Positions 28,100-35,837 of a stretch of 37,517 nucleotides of DNA are shown here, in pieces; within the stretch, counting starts at the first letter, position 1; the number at the start of each line of letters is the position of its first letter. A program made the translations under genes and the position numbers. This stretch comes from an uncultured Opitutia bacterium (lineage in GTDB: Bacteria; Verrucomicrobiota; Verrucomicrobiia; Opitutales; JAIRKQ01): the NCBI GenBank assembly GCA_965120425.1, contig CBCPNC010000011.1, positions 1-37,517 on the forward strand, given 5' to 3'. The notes beneath the pieces are model-generated. The model had not been told where the DNA came from, ran no database searches, and saw only the letters and a list, made by a program, of their open reading frames with translations.

Positions 28100-30865
28100 A
28101 TGAAAGCAGATGATGTCGGAACACCACGTACTCAACCTGAACATCCATCTAAAACATTACCTACTGTGGGGCAATATACAATAGGAGCAGCAACACAAAA
28201 TCAACAGGACATGAACCTGCCAGGAGGCCCTAAACTAGGATCAAAAAATATTGATCAGTATGATGTAACAAGGACAGATAGTGATCAATTGCAACGAGAG
28301 CAACAAGCACTCGTAAAAGAAATGGTGCACAAAACAAACGACATTATCGATAATGCTGTGAACTACACTAAAGTAAACAATGACTCACACACAATAAACA
28401 ATCAATTAAATGCCTCACCCTTCAAGCAACTACACGCCACATATGTCGAACAATTACGCGTCACGTGTATAGAACAATTAAACGATAAAATCGAAGCAAT
28501 GATTTCTGAATTACTACAAGAAAAACGGGATACCGCAAGACAGCAGATACATGATTTTATTAATATCAATGCGCAACTGCATTATGAAACAGACTCCTCA
28601 GACAAAGAACTAAGAACTAAAGAACAAGATATTATATCCCTCATATTACATGAAAATCAGAGTATAATAGACCAGACATATGATATTATTTTCACTACTA
28701 TTAACTTTTTTAGAAACGACAATCTTTCAAAAGAAATCAATAAACACATAAGTGATCAATTAATAGAAATTATTTCCCAATTACCACTTGATATTCAAAA
28801 GGAAGCAATACAAGAAATAGTTAAACATATTCATGAACAATACCATCCATTTGACATAGTATCACATTCTAAAGAAAGTACCATGCCGGGATTCTTAAGA
28901 AATGTAATGCATACTTTGCAAAATATACATGACAATCCTAATGTTTTGATAAAATTAAATGATATTAATAATCGAATTAACACATGTTCTGATGGAGGAA
29001 AAGATAAACAAGCATATCTTAATAATCTTAAAGAAATTTTTCATGATATATTCATACCGCCGTATCAACCAGCTAATGAAGGATCATGTTTCGCATCATG
29101 TATTTTGATGAAGATATGGCATGACGATCTACCATCCTTTATTGACATGTCATTAAATGCCCGAGGGATAGATCTATCATCGCTAGATATAAAACAAGAA
29201 GCAATTCCTATAAAATTCAGTAAACATCTTACAGCTACTAATCAATTAGACGCTGAAACATATAGTAATCTTTCCAAAGATAAACGATTATTATATACCT
29301 TAGCACCTTATGGAAGATACGATGCTCAGAGTGATTTAACTGCACGCGTTAATAGAATTTTGAAGAAAAATAATATTGAAATTACACAACCAGTACAAGA
29401 ATTAGTTAATACACTTGTTGGTAATGAATTGCTATGGAATGCAGGATGGATGCCGGTGTGTGCTCAAAGGGCAGGTAGTGAAACAAGAAATAATGTACTC
29501 AATAGGGTTGTGAATCAATTAAGTAAAGCGATATTCGATTCTAAACTTAAAAACGCAATGGAATTTGCAGAAAACTATTCTGCAAACAACGACACTAATT
29601 CTCAAATCGAAAATGACAAAAAACAGGAAGACCGCAAGGTTCCAAATAGTGAAAATATTCATACAAATGAACAAGAGACGTTACACGATGTAGCAGAACA
29701 AATCATCAATGTACGCAGTCACGGAGGACTGCCAAATTTTATTATAGATAACGTAAAAAATAATGATATTGATGACACAAATATTTCTAGCAGTTTAAAG
29801 ATCAACATTCAAAGTAAGTGTAAGAAAGATGGACAACTGTCTATGGAGGAAGTTAAACAATTAGAAAGTTTTTTGAAATATGGTAGATATTCAACAATTG
29901 TACAGGATATATACCGGTTAGAACAATATAATACACTTAACACCAATATAGTAGCAAGGACTATACAAGAAACTTTCAAAGCTACACAAAATGCACTGCA
30001 AATGTTCACAACAACATCATCTTTAATAGGAGAATACGAAAAAAGTATAAATAAATCCAAAGAAGATTCAAGCAATACAATAGACTTTAAAAAAGTATTA
30101 GATCAATTATCACAACATGAAAGAATTATAAAGCAAGCAGAAACAACTTTACACAAAGCAGAAGATATACTCAATAAACAACAAACTACAGAAACACGAG
30201 CAATACTAGAAAAGGCACAAAATGCAGTAGCAGCTGCACACAATGCAATAAAAAAAGCACAAAATGCAATATTAGCTGATCCAACACTTCAAAATAAAAA
30301 AACAATAATAACAGCAAAACGCGCAGTGCTAAGAATATATTCTGGCTATGCTAAAATAATAAACGAAGTGGAAAATGTAAAGGATGAAGTAATAGACTGT
30401 ATAAACAAAGCAATAAAAAACGAAGTTGTATTACATACGCAAGAACGCATAAAAGAAAAAGTACTTCAAAAGATCGCACCCGGGCAATTCATAACTGCAA
30501 TGTGCAGAACTAGTGAAGGCGGCCATGCTTTTAACTTTATCTCAGGAGATTATTCTAATGCCATCGATAACATGGAAAATGGCGACAGAATTTTAATCGG
30601 GCATTCCAACTATGATGAATCTGACCCATCAGAAGATAAACATATTTATTTACAAAAATTAGGGGAAGATGAATTTCAAATTACTGGTGTTTTTGCTTCA
30701 GGAGGGTTCTCCGAAATAGCACTCTATCCTAATTTTCAATTAAAATATCGAGAATTGGAACCAGCGGAAGCGAAACAACTAGTCTCAACGAATATCGAAT
30801 CAATAATTGAAATCGAAACTGAATTACCAAAACAAGGGATGCCACCACCAGCGGGACCACAATAA
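28100..30865 (+). CDS. Large (921 aa) orphan protein, mostly helical and polar, function unknown; candidate secreted effector
   Basis: Long uninterrupted ORF. The N-terminal ~60 aa is polar and Pro-rich, followed by long Q/N/K/E-rich helical stretches including the reiterated KAQNAVAAAHNAIKKAQNAI. The C-terminus ends in PPPAGPQ. No family motif was recognised with confidence. Confidence 0.6.
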   Translation: MKADDVGTPRTQPEHPSKTLPTVGQYTIGAATQNQQDMNLPGGPKLGSKNIDQYDVTRTDSDQLQREQQALVKEMVHKTNDIIDNAVNYTKVNNDSHTINNQLNASPFKQLHATYVEQLRVTCIEQLNDKIEAMISELLQEKRDTARQQIHDFININAQLHYETDSSDKELRTKEQDIISLILHENQSIIDQTYDIIFTTINFFRNDNLSKEINKHISDQLIEIISQLPLDIQKEAIQEIVKHIHEQYHPFDIVSHSKESTMPGFLRNVMHTLQNIHDNPNVLIKLNDINNRINTCSDGGKDKQAYLNNLKEIFHDIFIPPYQPANEGSCFASCILMKIWHDDLPSFIDMSLNARGIDLSSLDIKQEAIPIKFSKHLTATNQLDAETYSNLSKDKRLLYTLAPYGRYDAQSDLTARVNRILKKNNIEITQPVQELVNTLVGNELLWNAGWMPVCAQRAGSETRNNVLNRVVNQLSKAIFDSKLKNAMEFAENYSANNDTNSQIENDKKQEDRKVPNSENIHTNEQETLHDVAEQIINVRSHGGLPNFIIDNVKNNDIDDTNISSSLKINIQSKCKKDGQLSMEEVKQLESFLKYGRYSTIVQDIYRLEQYNTLNTNIVARTIQETFKATQNALQMFTTTSSLIGEYEKSINKSKEDSSNTIDFKKVLDQLSQHERIIKQAETTLHKAEDILNKQQTTETRAILEKAQNAVAAAHNAIKKAQNAILADPTLQNKKTIITAKRAVLRIYSGYAKIINEVENVKDEVIDCINKAIKNEVVLHTQERIKEKVLQKIAPGQFITAMCRTSEGGHAFNFISGDYSNAIDNMENGDRILIGHSNYDESDPSEDKHIYLQKLGEDEFQITGVFASGGFSEIALYPNFQLKYRELEPAEAKQLVSTNIESIIEIETELPKQGMPPPAGPQ

Positions 30866-30866
30866 T

Positions 30867-32123
30867 TTACATTGTATCCGGATGCATAAAGAACGCAGAA
30901 AAGAATCCAACTAATGTTAAAATCGGCAGCAATAACATTGCTGCGCGAAAAGAATTAATATCATACACTCCATCGTGCATATTAATCAACCACCCGACTA
31001 TTGGTTGGAAAATTCCACCAACTAGCATAACTATCATATTTACCATCGCGATTGCACTGCCCTTTGCGAACGCAGGGTTCGCGTTTAAACTACATACAAA
31101 ACACACAACTTCTGGACTGGATATTATGCCACAAATAAACAACAATAACGCTAAAATAAATGGTGAAGTTATGGGCAATAAAAATATCACTCCCAAAATA
31201 ATAAATGACAGTAAACATCCGAAAATCAATAATTTCCGGCGACAACACATCTTATCAGCTATAAAACCGGCTAACGGGCTACCTACTAGCCACCCAATGT
31301 ACATCATCCCCACGACACACGCAGCATCCGATTTGGATACGTTAGCAATCAAGCGAACATACTGAACGCCCCATAAGTCACCAAACACTACAAATGGAGT
31401 GTACAATGAACAAGCAACAAATCCAATAATCCATGTTTGCTTATTTTTACATACTGTTATTAATCCAGTTATCAGATGTTTCGCAGAGAAATCTTCATTG
31501 TGTGATTCTAGTTTTTTTTGTTCCCAAACAGGCGTCTTTGGCACAAATATCACAAGAATCAATGAAACAATTACACCAGCTAAAGCGATATATATCCAAG
31601 TTGCTTGCCAACCTACAATATCGGTTAAATTAGCAAGTGGCATTTGTCCAATTAATGCTCCTAATATTCCTAGCGACGTGGTTAATCCTGATATTAGTGC
31701 TAATTTTTCAGGATGGAACCATACCGCAGCTAAATACATAACTCCAATGAATCCAAACCCTGACCCAAATCCCATAAAAAATCTTCCGGTCGCTAATGTA
31801 CTCAACTTAACTGATGGCAAAATAACACATAAAGAACCTAACACTACCATCAAGGATGCTGGAATTAACACACGCCTACCACCAAATTTATCCAATAATA
31901 CTCCAGCTAATAATTGCACAGGTGCATAAATAAAATAATATGCTCCCAATGCTCCTGCCAACGCAGCAGGAGTTGCTTGAAATACTTGCTCTAATTCTTG
32001 TTCCATTACACTAGGTGCAACACGTACCAAATATTCATACAGATAAAAAACAACTGCTGCCACCCACACTAACCACGCTATTATCGTATATTGATCCTTT
32101 CGTGCATCACTCTCCATTCGCAT
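30867..32123 (-). CDS. Major facilitator superfamily transporter
   Basis: 418 aa with about 12 hydrophobic segments. An MFS loop 2-3 motif-like sequence is present (LLDKFGGRRVLI). The stop codon lies 1 nt from the stop of the convergent 921-aa ORF. Confidence 0.8.
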   Translation of the reverse strand: MRMESDARKDQYTIIAWLVWVAAVVFYLYEYLVRVAPSVMEQELEQVFQATPAALAGALGAYYFIYAPVQLLAGVLLDKFGGRRVLIPASLMVVLGSLCVILPSVKLSTLATGRFFMGFGSGFGFIGVMYLAAVWFHPEKLALISGLTTSLGILGALIGQMPLANLTDIVGWQATWIYIALAGVIVSLILVIFVPKTPVWEQKKLESHNEDFSAKHLITGLITVCKNKQTWIIGFVACSLYTPFVVFGDLWGVQYVRLIANVSKSDAACVVGMMYIGWLVGSPLAGFIADKMCCRRKLLIFGCLLSFIILGVIFLLPITSPFILALLLFICGIISSPEVVCFVCSLNANPAFAKGSAIAMVNMIVMLVGGIFQPIVGWLINMHDGVYDINSFRAAMLLLPILTLVGFFSAFFMHPDTM

Positions 32124-32236
32124 GGTAATCCTAAAAATAAAACTATACTAAAATGCAATGACATAATTATCTTAATATCATTGAATTTTTTTATTTTTTT
32201 TATTCAATTGCCAAAAAAGAAAATTTTCACAAGAAT

Positions 32237-33631
32237 ATGTCCACGAAAAACATAGATAGAATTTATAATTTAGCAGAACCACTTCTTGTACCATCATCAC
32301 AAGCCGACAATGACAACATTACATACAAAGAACCCGAAACTGTGCTGTTTAAAAAACATACTTTAATGGTCGCAGATAGTATTATAGAAAATCAACTTAA
32401 TATTCCGTCACCCAAATTTTTAAGGAAGTGTTTACACGATAAAAAAGCATACATTTATCAAAACGAAAATAAAGATTCTTTATCAGGAGCATATGGACAG
32501 ACTAGTTTCTATCATACACAAGATAAACATGGTGTAGACCATAACTTGGTAATCAAAGAACCACGCTTCAATAACTTAGTTAAGTTAAAAACTATTGGCC
32601 ATGAAAAAGATATAAACCAAACTATTTCACAATATATTTACAAATTATTCCAGGATCCTAATGCCGATGTTTTTTTAAAAACTGGTGCTGCATTTATCAC
32701 ACAATATCTTGGATACCAAGAAATAGCAACAAAAACAAACAATGAACAGATTATTCGAGAATGTCCTAATACCTATCGATTATTTTTTGAAGAAGCACCC
32801 GGTGAAGATTTATGTAATAGAACTTTCTTATCATTTGATAATACACTTGAATATAAGCTAACCTCTAATCAAAAAAAAGAAAAATTCTTACATGAAAATT
32901 TACGAATCACTGCACAATTATGTTCCGCATTATCACTTATACATGAAGCTGGCATTATTCACAGAGACTTAAAATTAACAAATATAGTTTATGATCGTTT
33001 AAACCAAAACACTAAACTTATAGATTTTGGAATAAGTAAGGACGACAATGAAGCATATACACCGCAATATTTATATGTTCGTGCATACTCATCAGCATTG
33101 GAGGAATACAAAATAGTAAAAAACATAACCGCAGCAAATGAAGAAAATGTCAAACAAGACATGTATAATATTTTGTCACCTGCGACAGATGTATGCAGTT
33201 TTGGACTGATGCTTATGGGAATATTTTTCAGAAATGTAGGATATGAGTACTTTTATAAGTTGTTCTCTTATCAGAACTTAGACTATAACAGTAACATAAA
33301 AATACGTGAATTATTTTATAACCACTTACAAGAAATCATACTAAAACTTAATGATCGAATTCCTTCGGAATTACGATATTCTCATGAAGAACTAAATTTT
33401 ATCACTCAACTTATTCAAATATGTATTGACCCTAATCCTACTAAACGACCATCTGCCGCACAAATAGGTGCTTTGTGTGAGTTATTTCACGCTGGGATCA
33501 CAGATTTCAAGCCTGCATTACAACAAGCTCAAGAATTGCGTCCCAGCAAACCAATTCCTGAAAAAATTTTAGAAATTTACAAAAGATATAACATTATAAC
33601 CGATGCCAAACCAACATCATCTCATGAATGA
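32237..33631 (+). CDS. Eukaryotic-like Ser/Thr protein kinase domain protein, soluble, no sensor domains
   Basis: The catalytic loop is [13 protein letters not shown] (Asp codon 32966-32968). DFG is in LIDFGISK (Asp codon 33023-33025). Also present are a candidate VAIK-type Lys in NLVIKEP, a subdomain IX-like DVCSFGLML, and a subdomain XI-like PTKRPSA. The Gly-loop is degenerate ([10 protein letters not shown]). Confidence 0.75.
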   Translation: MSTKNIDRIYNLAEPLLVPSSQADNDNITYKEPETVLFKKHTLMVADSIIENQLNIPSPKFLRKCLHDKKAYIYQNENKDSLSGAYGQTSFYHTQDKHGVDHNLVIKEPRFNNLVKLKTIGHEKDINQTISQYIYKLFQDPNADVFLKTGAAFITQYLGYQEIATKTNNEQIIRECPNTYRLFFEEAPGEDLCNRTFLSFDNTLEYKLTSNQKKEKFLHENLRITAQLCSALSLIHEAGIIHRDLKLTNIVYDRLNQNTKLIDFGISKDDNEAYTPQYLYVRAYSSALEEYKIVKNITAANEENVKQDMYNILSPATDVCSFGLMLMGIFFRNVGYEYFYKLFSYQNLDYNSNIKIRELFYNHLQEIILKLNDRIPSELRYSHEELNFITQLIQICIDPNPTKRPSAAQIGALCELFHAGITDFKPALQQAQELRPSKPIPEKILEIYKRYNIITDAKPTSSHE

Positions 33632-33687
33632 TAAATTTTGCAATACGCTTGACAAAGCACATTTTCTCACTTGTGTGGGTGATAGAT

Positions 33688-33762
<75 letters not shown>

Positions 33763-33974
33763 CATTATTGTGTAAAAATAATTTTCAACGGTTTTAAAAA
33801 AGGAAGAAAATTTCTTTTTCGAGAGAAACATTGCTATAAGGATTCGCTCAAATGCAACACTTAAAATAAATTAAATAATCCTGGTTTGTTCATTATATTT
33901 TGCATGGTATATATTTTCAACCTACAATATCTTGTCTAAATAGAAAGTTCTTGGTTTTAAAATTTATACTTATC

Positions 33975-34002
33975 AAAAAAAGCCTCAAATTGAGGCTTTT
34001 TA
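33975..34002 (-). terminator. Rho-independent (bidirectional-looking) terminator closing the three-gene cassette
   Basis: AAAAAA-AGCCTCA-AAT-TGAGGCT-TTTTT lies 29 nt downstream of the stop at 34031. Read on the minus strand, the 7-bp stem (4 G-C pairs) is followed by a run of about 6-7 T. Confidence 0.75.
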
Positions 34003-34030
34003 ATAATTTTTCTACATCAAAATACTGTAC

Positions 34031-34360
34031 TTAATTCGAATAATGCTCAGCTGCTCCCGGCCTATCATTGTTATTTCCTACTTGTATTTGCTTCGATTCT
34101 GTACCTCTCAAATTACTAATTTCTTCTTCTAAATTAGAAATAATGCTTTTTAAAACACCCTCTTCTGAAGCAAGTGTTTGTAAAATTGTTTCAACATTAG
34201 GCACATTATCATTTCTCTTATGTTCTGCTTTCTTTTTTTCTACAGCTGCTAGCCTGCATCTTAATTCCCTAAGTGTAAAATCTTTAAACACTTCCTGCCC
34301 TTGAAGCACTGAATTTAAACTTGTTTGCAATGTGTCAATTGGAGAATATTTGATAATCAC
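34031..34360 (-). CDS. Cassette ORF-C: 109-aa helical (coiled-coil-like) protein with polar Gly/Asn tail, unknown function
   Basis: The GTG start (complement of 34358-34360) is preceded by GAAGGTGAGATAAGGG and overlaps ORF-B by 26 nt. A heptad-like region is ILQTLASEEGVLKSIISNLEEEISNL. No motif was recognised. Confidence 0.5.
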   Translation of the reverse strand: MIIKYSPIDTLQTSLNSVLQGQEVFKDFTLRELRCRLAAVEKKKAEHKRNDNVPNVETILQTLASEEGVLKSIISNLEEEISNLRGTESKQIQVGNNNDRPGAAEHYSN

Positions 34361-35027
34361 CCCTTATCTCACCTTCAGTTACCCCTGCTTCATATAATCC
34401 ACAAGAATCTTTCAGCGCTTCCATTACATCATCTCTATATATATCATTTGATTCTTTTATATTCATACAACTAAACTCCTCCTGTATTGCTGGATCTTTT
34501 ATATATTCTTTAAAATCTTCTTCAGAAAACCGCCCTAAAAGCGACAATGCTATATTCCTCTGTACCGTTCTCTCAATCGCATCTTCAAATTCTTGTTGAC
34601 CGTCTAGTTTCTCATTTCCCGCTCTATTTTGCTCTTGTTGCATCTTTTTCAATGAGACTTTCTTAAAAGAATTCCACCTATTTTTTATTGTTGCTACTGC
34701 ATTACCTATTGTTTCACTTTTATTTGCATTTGAAATGGTATTACTTTGACTCCCCAAAAGAAACACAATGTACAGTTGACTAGTATCTTGCCAATTAGTT
34801 GCACTTATCTTAAAAGTTTTATCTTTTTTGAAGAGTTTAACTGGTTGTACACTATCCGCAATGGGATACTTATTCAAGATAGAAACACTAAGTAAATCTG
34901 TTTCAACTCTATATCTGTCACTAGATTTAAATGCACCGATATATTCTTTTTGTCGATCTGTAATATTGGCAACGTCACCACTATTCTGCATCTCAAAATG
35001 CAGAACAAAACTAGAGTTGTTGTCCAT
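34335..35027 (-). CDS. Cassette ORF-B: 230-aa two-part protein, unknown function
   Basis: The ORF has no internal stops. The N-half looks beta-rich (FVLHFEMQN...YRVETDLLSVSIL...TFKISATNWQDTSQLYIVFLLG). The C-half is acidic and helical (QQEFEDAIERTVQRNIALSLLGRFSEEDFKEYIKDP). No motif was recognised. Confidence 0.55.
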   Translation of the reverse strand: MDNNSSFVLHFEMQNSGDVANITDRQKEYIGAFKSSDRYRVETDLLSVSILNKYPIADSVQPVKLFKKDKTFKISATNWQDTSQLYIVFLLGSQSNTISNANKSETIGNAVATIKNRWNSFKKVSLKKMQQEQNRAGNEKLDGQQEFEDAIERTVQRNIALSLLGRFSEEDFKEYIKDPAIQEEFSCMNIKESNDIYRDDVMEALKDSCGLYEAGVTEGEIRGDYQIFSN

Positions 35028-35053
35028 TGTAAACTTACGCAGTATATCGGGAA

Positions 35054-35446
35054 TTAATTTCCCTTTATTGCCCCCCGTTTATCATTTTCAGTAGAAGAAG
35101 TAACTTTACTTTCTAGCTCTTCAACATTACATTCTTCACATTCTTTACGTAATACACAACAGTCACGCTTATCGAGGGGCTTAGTATCAGAAATAATCTC
35201 TAGATCTCGTGCAAACCTTATACCATATTTACAAGCCTCTCGTGTATAAATATATTTAAACGACCCGTCCAAATTTGGATTTCCAAAATGTTCACCCAAA
35301 GCAATTTTTTTCTCCACTGCCTTATTAACTTTGTTTAAGTTATCAGACTTTCTAAATATTTCCTCAACATCTCTACTGAGAATTTCGTACTGATTGTTAT
35401 CTATGGTAACAACGGTCGTTAGTGAAGTTACGTCTCTATTTTGCAT
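35054..35446 (-). CDS. Cassette ORF-A: 130-aa protein with a C-terminal Cys cluster, unknown function
   Basis: ATG start with no clear SD. The C-terminal part contains DCCVLRKECEECN (CC-x6-C-x2-C), which could be a small metal-binding knuckle. No family was recognised. Confidence 0.5.
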   Translation of the reverse strand: MQNRDVTSLTTVVTIDNNQYEILSRDVEEIFRKSDNLNKVNKAVEKKIALGEHFGNPNLDGSFKYIYTREACKYGIRFARDLEIISDTKPLDKRDCCVLRKECEECNVEELESKVTSSTENDKRGAIKGN

Positions 35447-35485
35447 AAAATTAGGGTAAGAATTTAAATAAAAATTATCCCAAAT

Positions 35486-35519
35486 ACTATTTAGTCAATG
35501 TCAAGACTATTTCCGTCAA
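35486..35519 (-). promoter_or_regulatory. Direct repeats and a triple TTGAC cluster upstream of cassette ORF-A (candidate promoter/operator)
   Basis: On the plus strand, ACTATTTAGTCAA (35486-35498) and ACTATTTCCGTCAA (35506-35519) start 20 nt apart. GTCAA occurs three times (35494-98, 35500-04, 35515-19), which reads as TTGAC three times on the coding strand, 40-73 nt upstream of ATG 35446. A GATAAT lies at 35474-35479 on the minus strand. Confidence 0.3.
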
Positions 35520-35649
35520 CTTTTGTTGAGTCTATAAAATTAAATTCCTTTTACAAGGAACACTAAATATCAAAAATAATATATTAAAATATTTCTTTGT
35601 CTCTAAAAGAGAAATCGCAGTAACTAAAACCATATGCAGCAAGAGAAAT

Positions 35650-35724
35650 TGGTAGGCCGACAGGGACTCGAACCCTGAACCAATGGCTTAAAAGGCCACT
35701 GCTCTACCATTGAGCTACCGACCC
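35650..35724 (-). tRNA. tRNA-Lys (anticodon UUU), CCA encoded
   Basis: The reverse complement reads GGGTCGGTAGCTCAATGGTAGAGCAGTGGCCTTTTAAGCCATTGGTTCAGGGTTCGAGTCCCTGTCGGCCTACCA. The anticodon loop is CTTTTAA and the T arm is CAGGG-TTCGAGT-CCCTG. The acceptor stem GGGTCGG/TCGGCCT pairs only with three G-U wobbles (positions 1-72, 4-69 and 7-66). Confidence 0.8.
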
Positions 35725-35837
35725 ACGTGTTGTTACATTAGCAGCACCATTTACTATGTCAATTACTTTCAGAAAAAATTTTAAATGAAAATATTGTTAA
35801 TTGACATTATTAAAATAATTTTTGAGTTAAAAGTGCC

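Noticed and set aside
29800-30320. Possible tandem DNA repeat in the 921-aa ORF (reiterated GCACAAAATGCA / KAQNA units)
   Set aside because: Only two or three short, imperfect copies are present, embedded in generally A-rich helical coding sequence. This reflects compositional bias, not a true tandem repeat array.
31126-31929. Plus-strand ORFs of 79, 176 and 66 aa
   Set aside because: All are antisense to the well-supported 12-segment MFS transporter gene. They translate into Asn/Pro/Ile-rich low-complexity sequence typical of reverse-strand reading of membrane-protein genes.
34068-35094. Plus-strand ORFs (78 aa and 88 aa) inside the cassette interval
   Set aside because: They are antisense to the contiguous minus-strand trio, which has coupled spacing and a matching downstream terminator. 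The plus-strand ORFs are short, Ser/Leu/Cys-rich and lack starts with ribosome-binding sites. I cannot fully exclude a small antisense gene without expression data.
33763-35649. Search for attL/attR-type direct repeats duplicating a tRNA 3' end, and for an integrase
   Set aside because: I found no copy of the 3' portion of either flanking tRNA in the 33763-34030 or 35447-35649 spacers, and no recombinase-like ORF. A recent, intact integrative element is therefore not supported; only a remnant or other origin remains possible.
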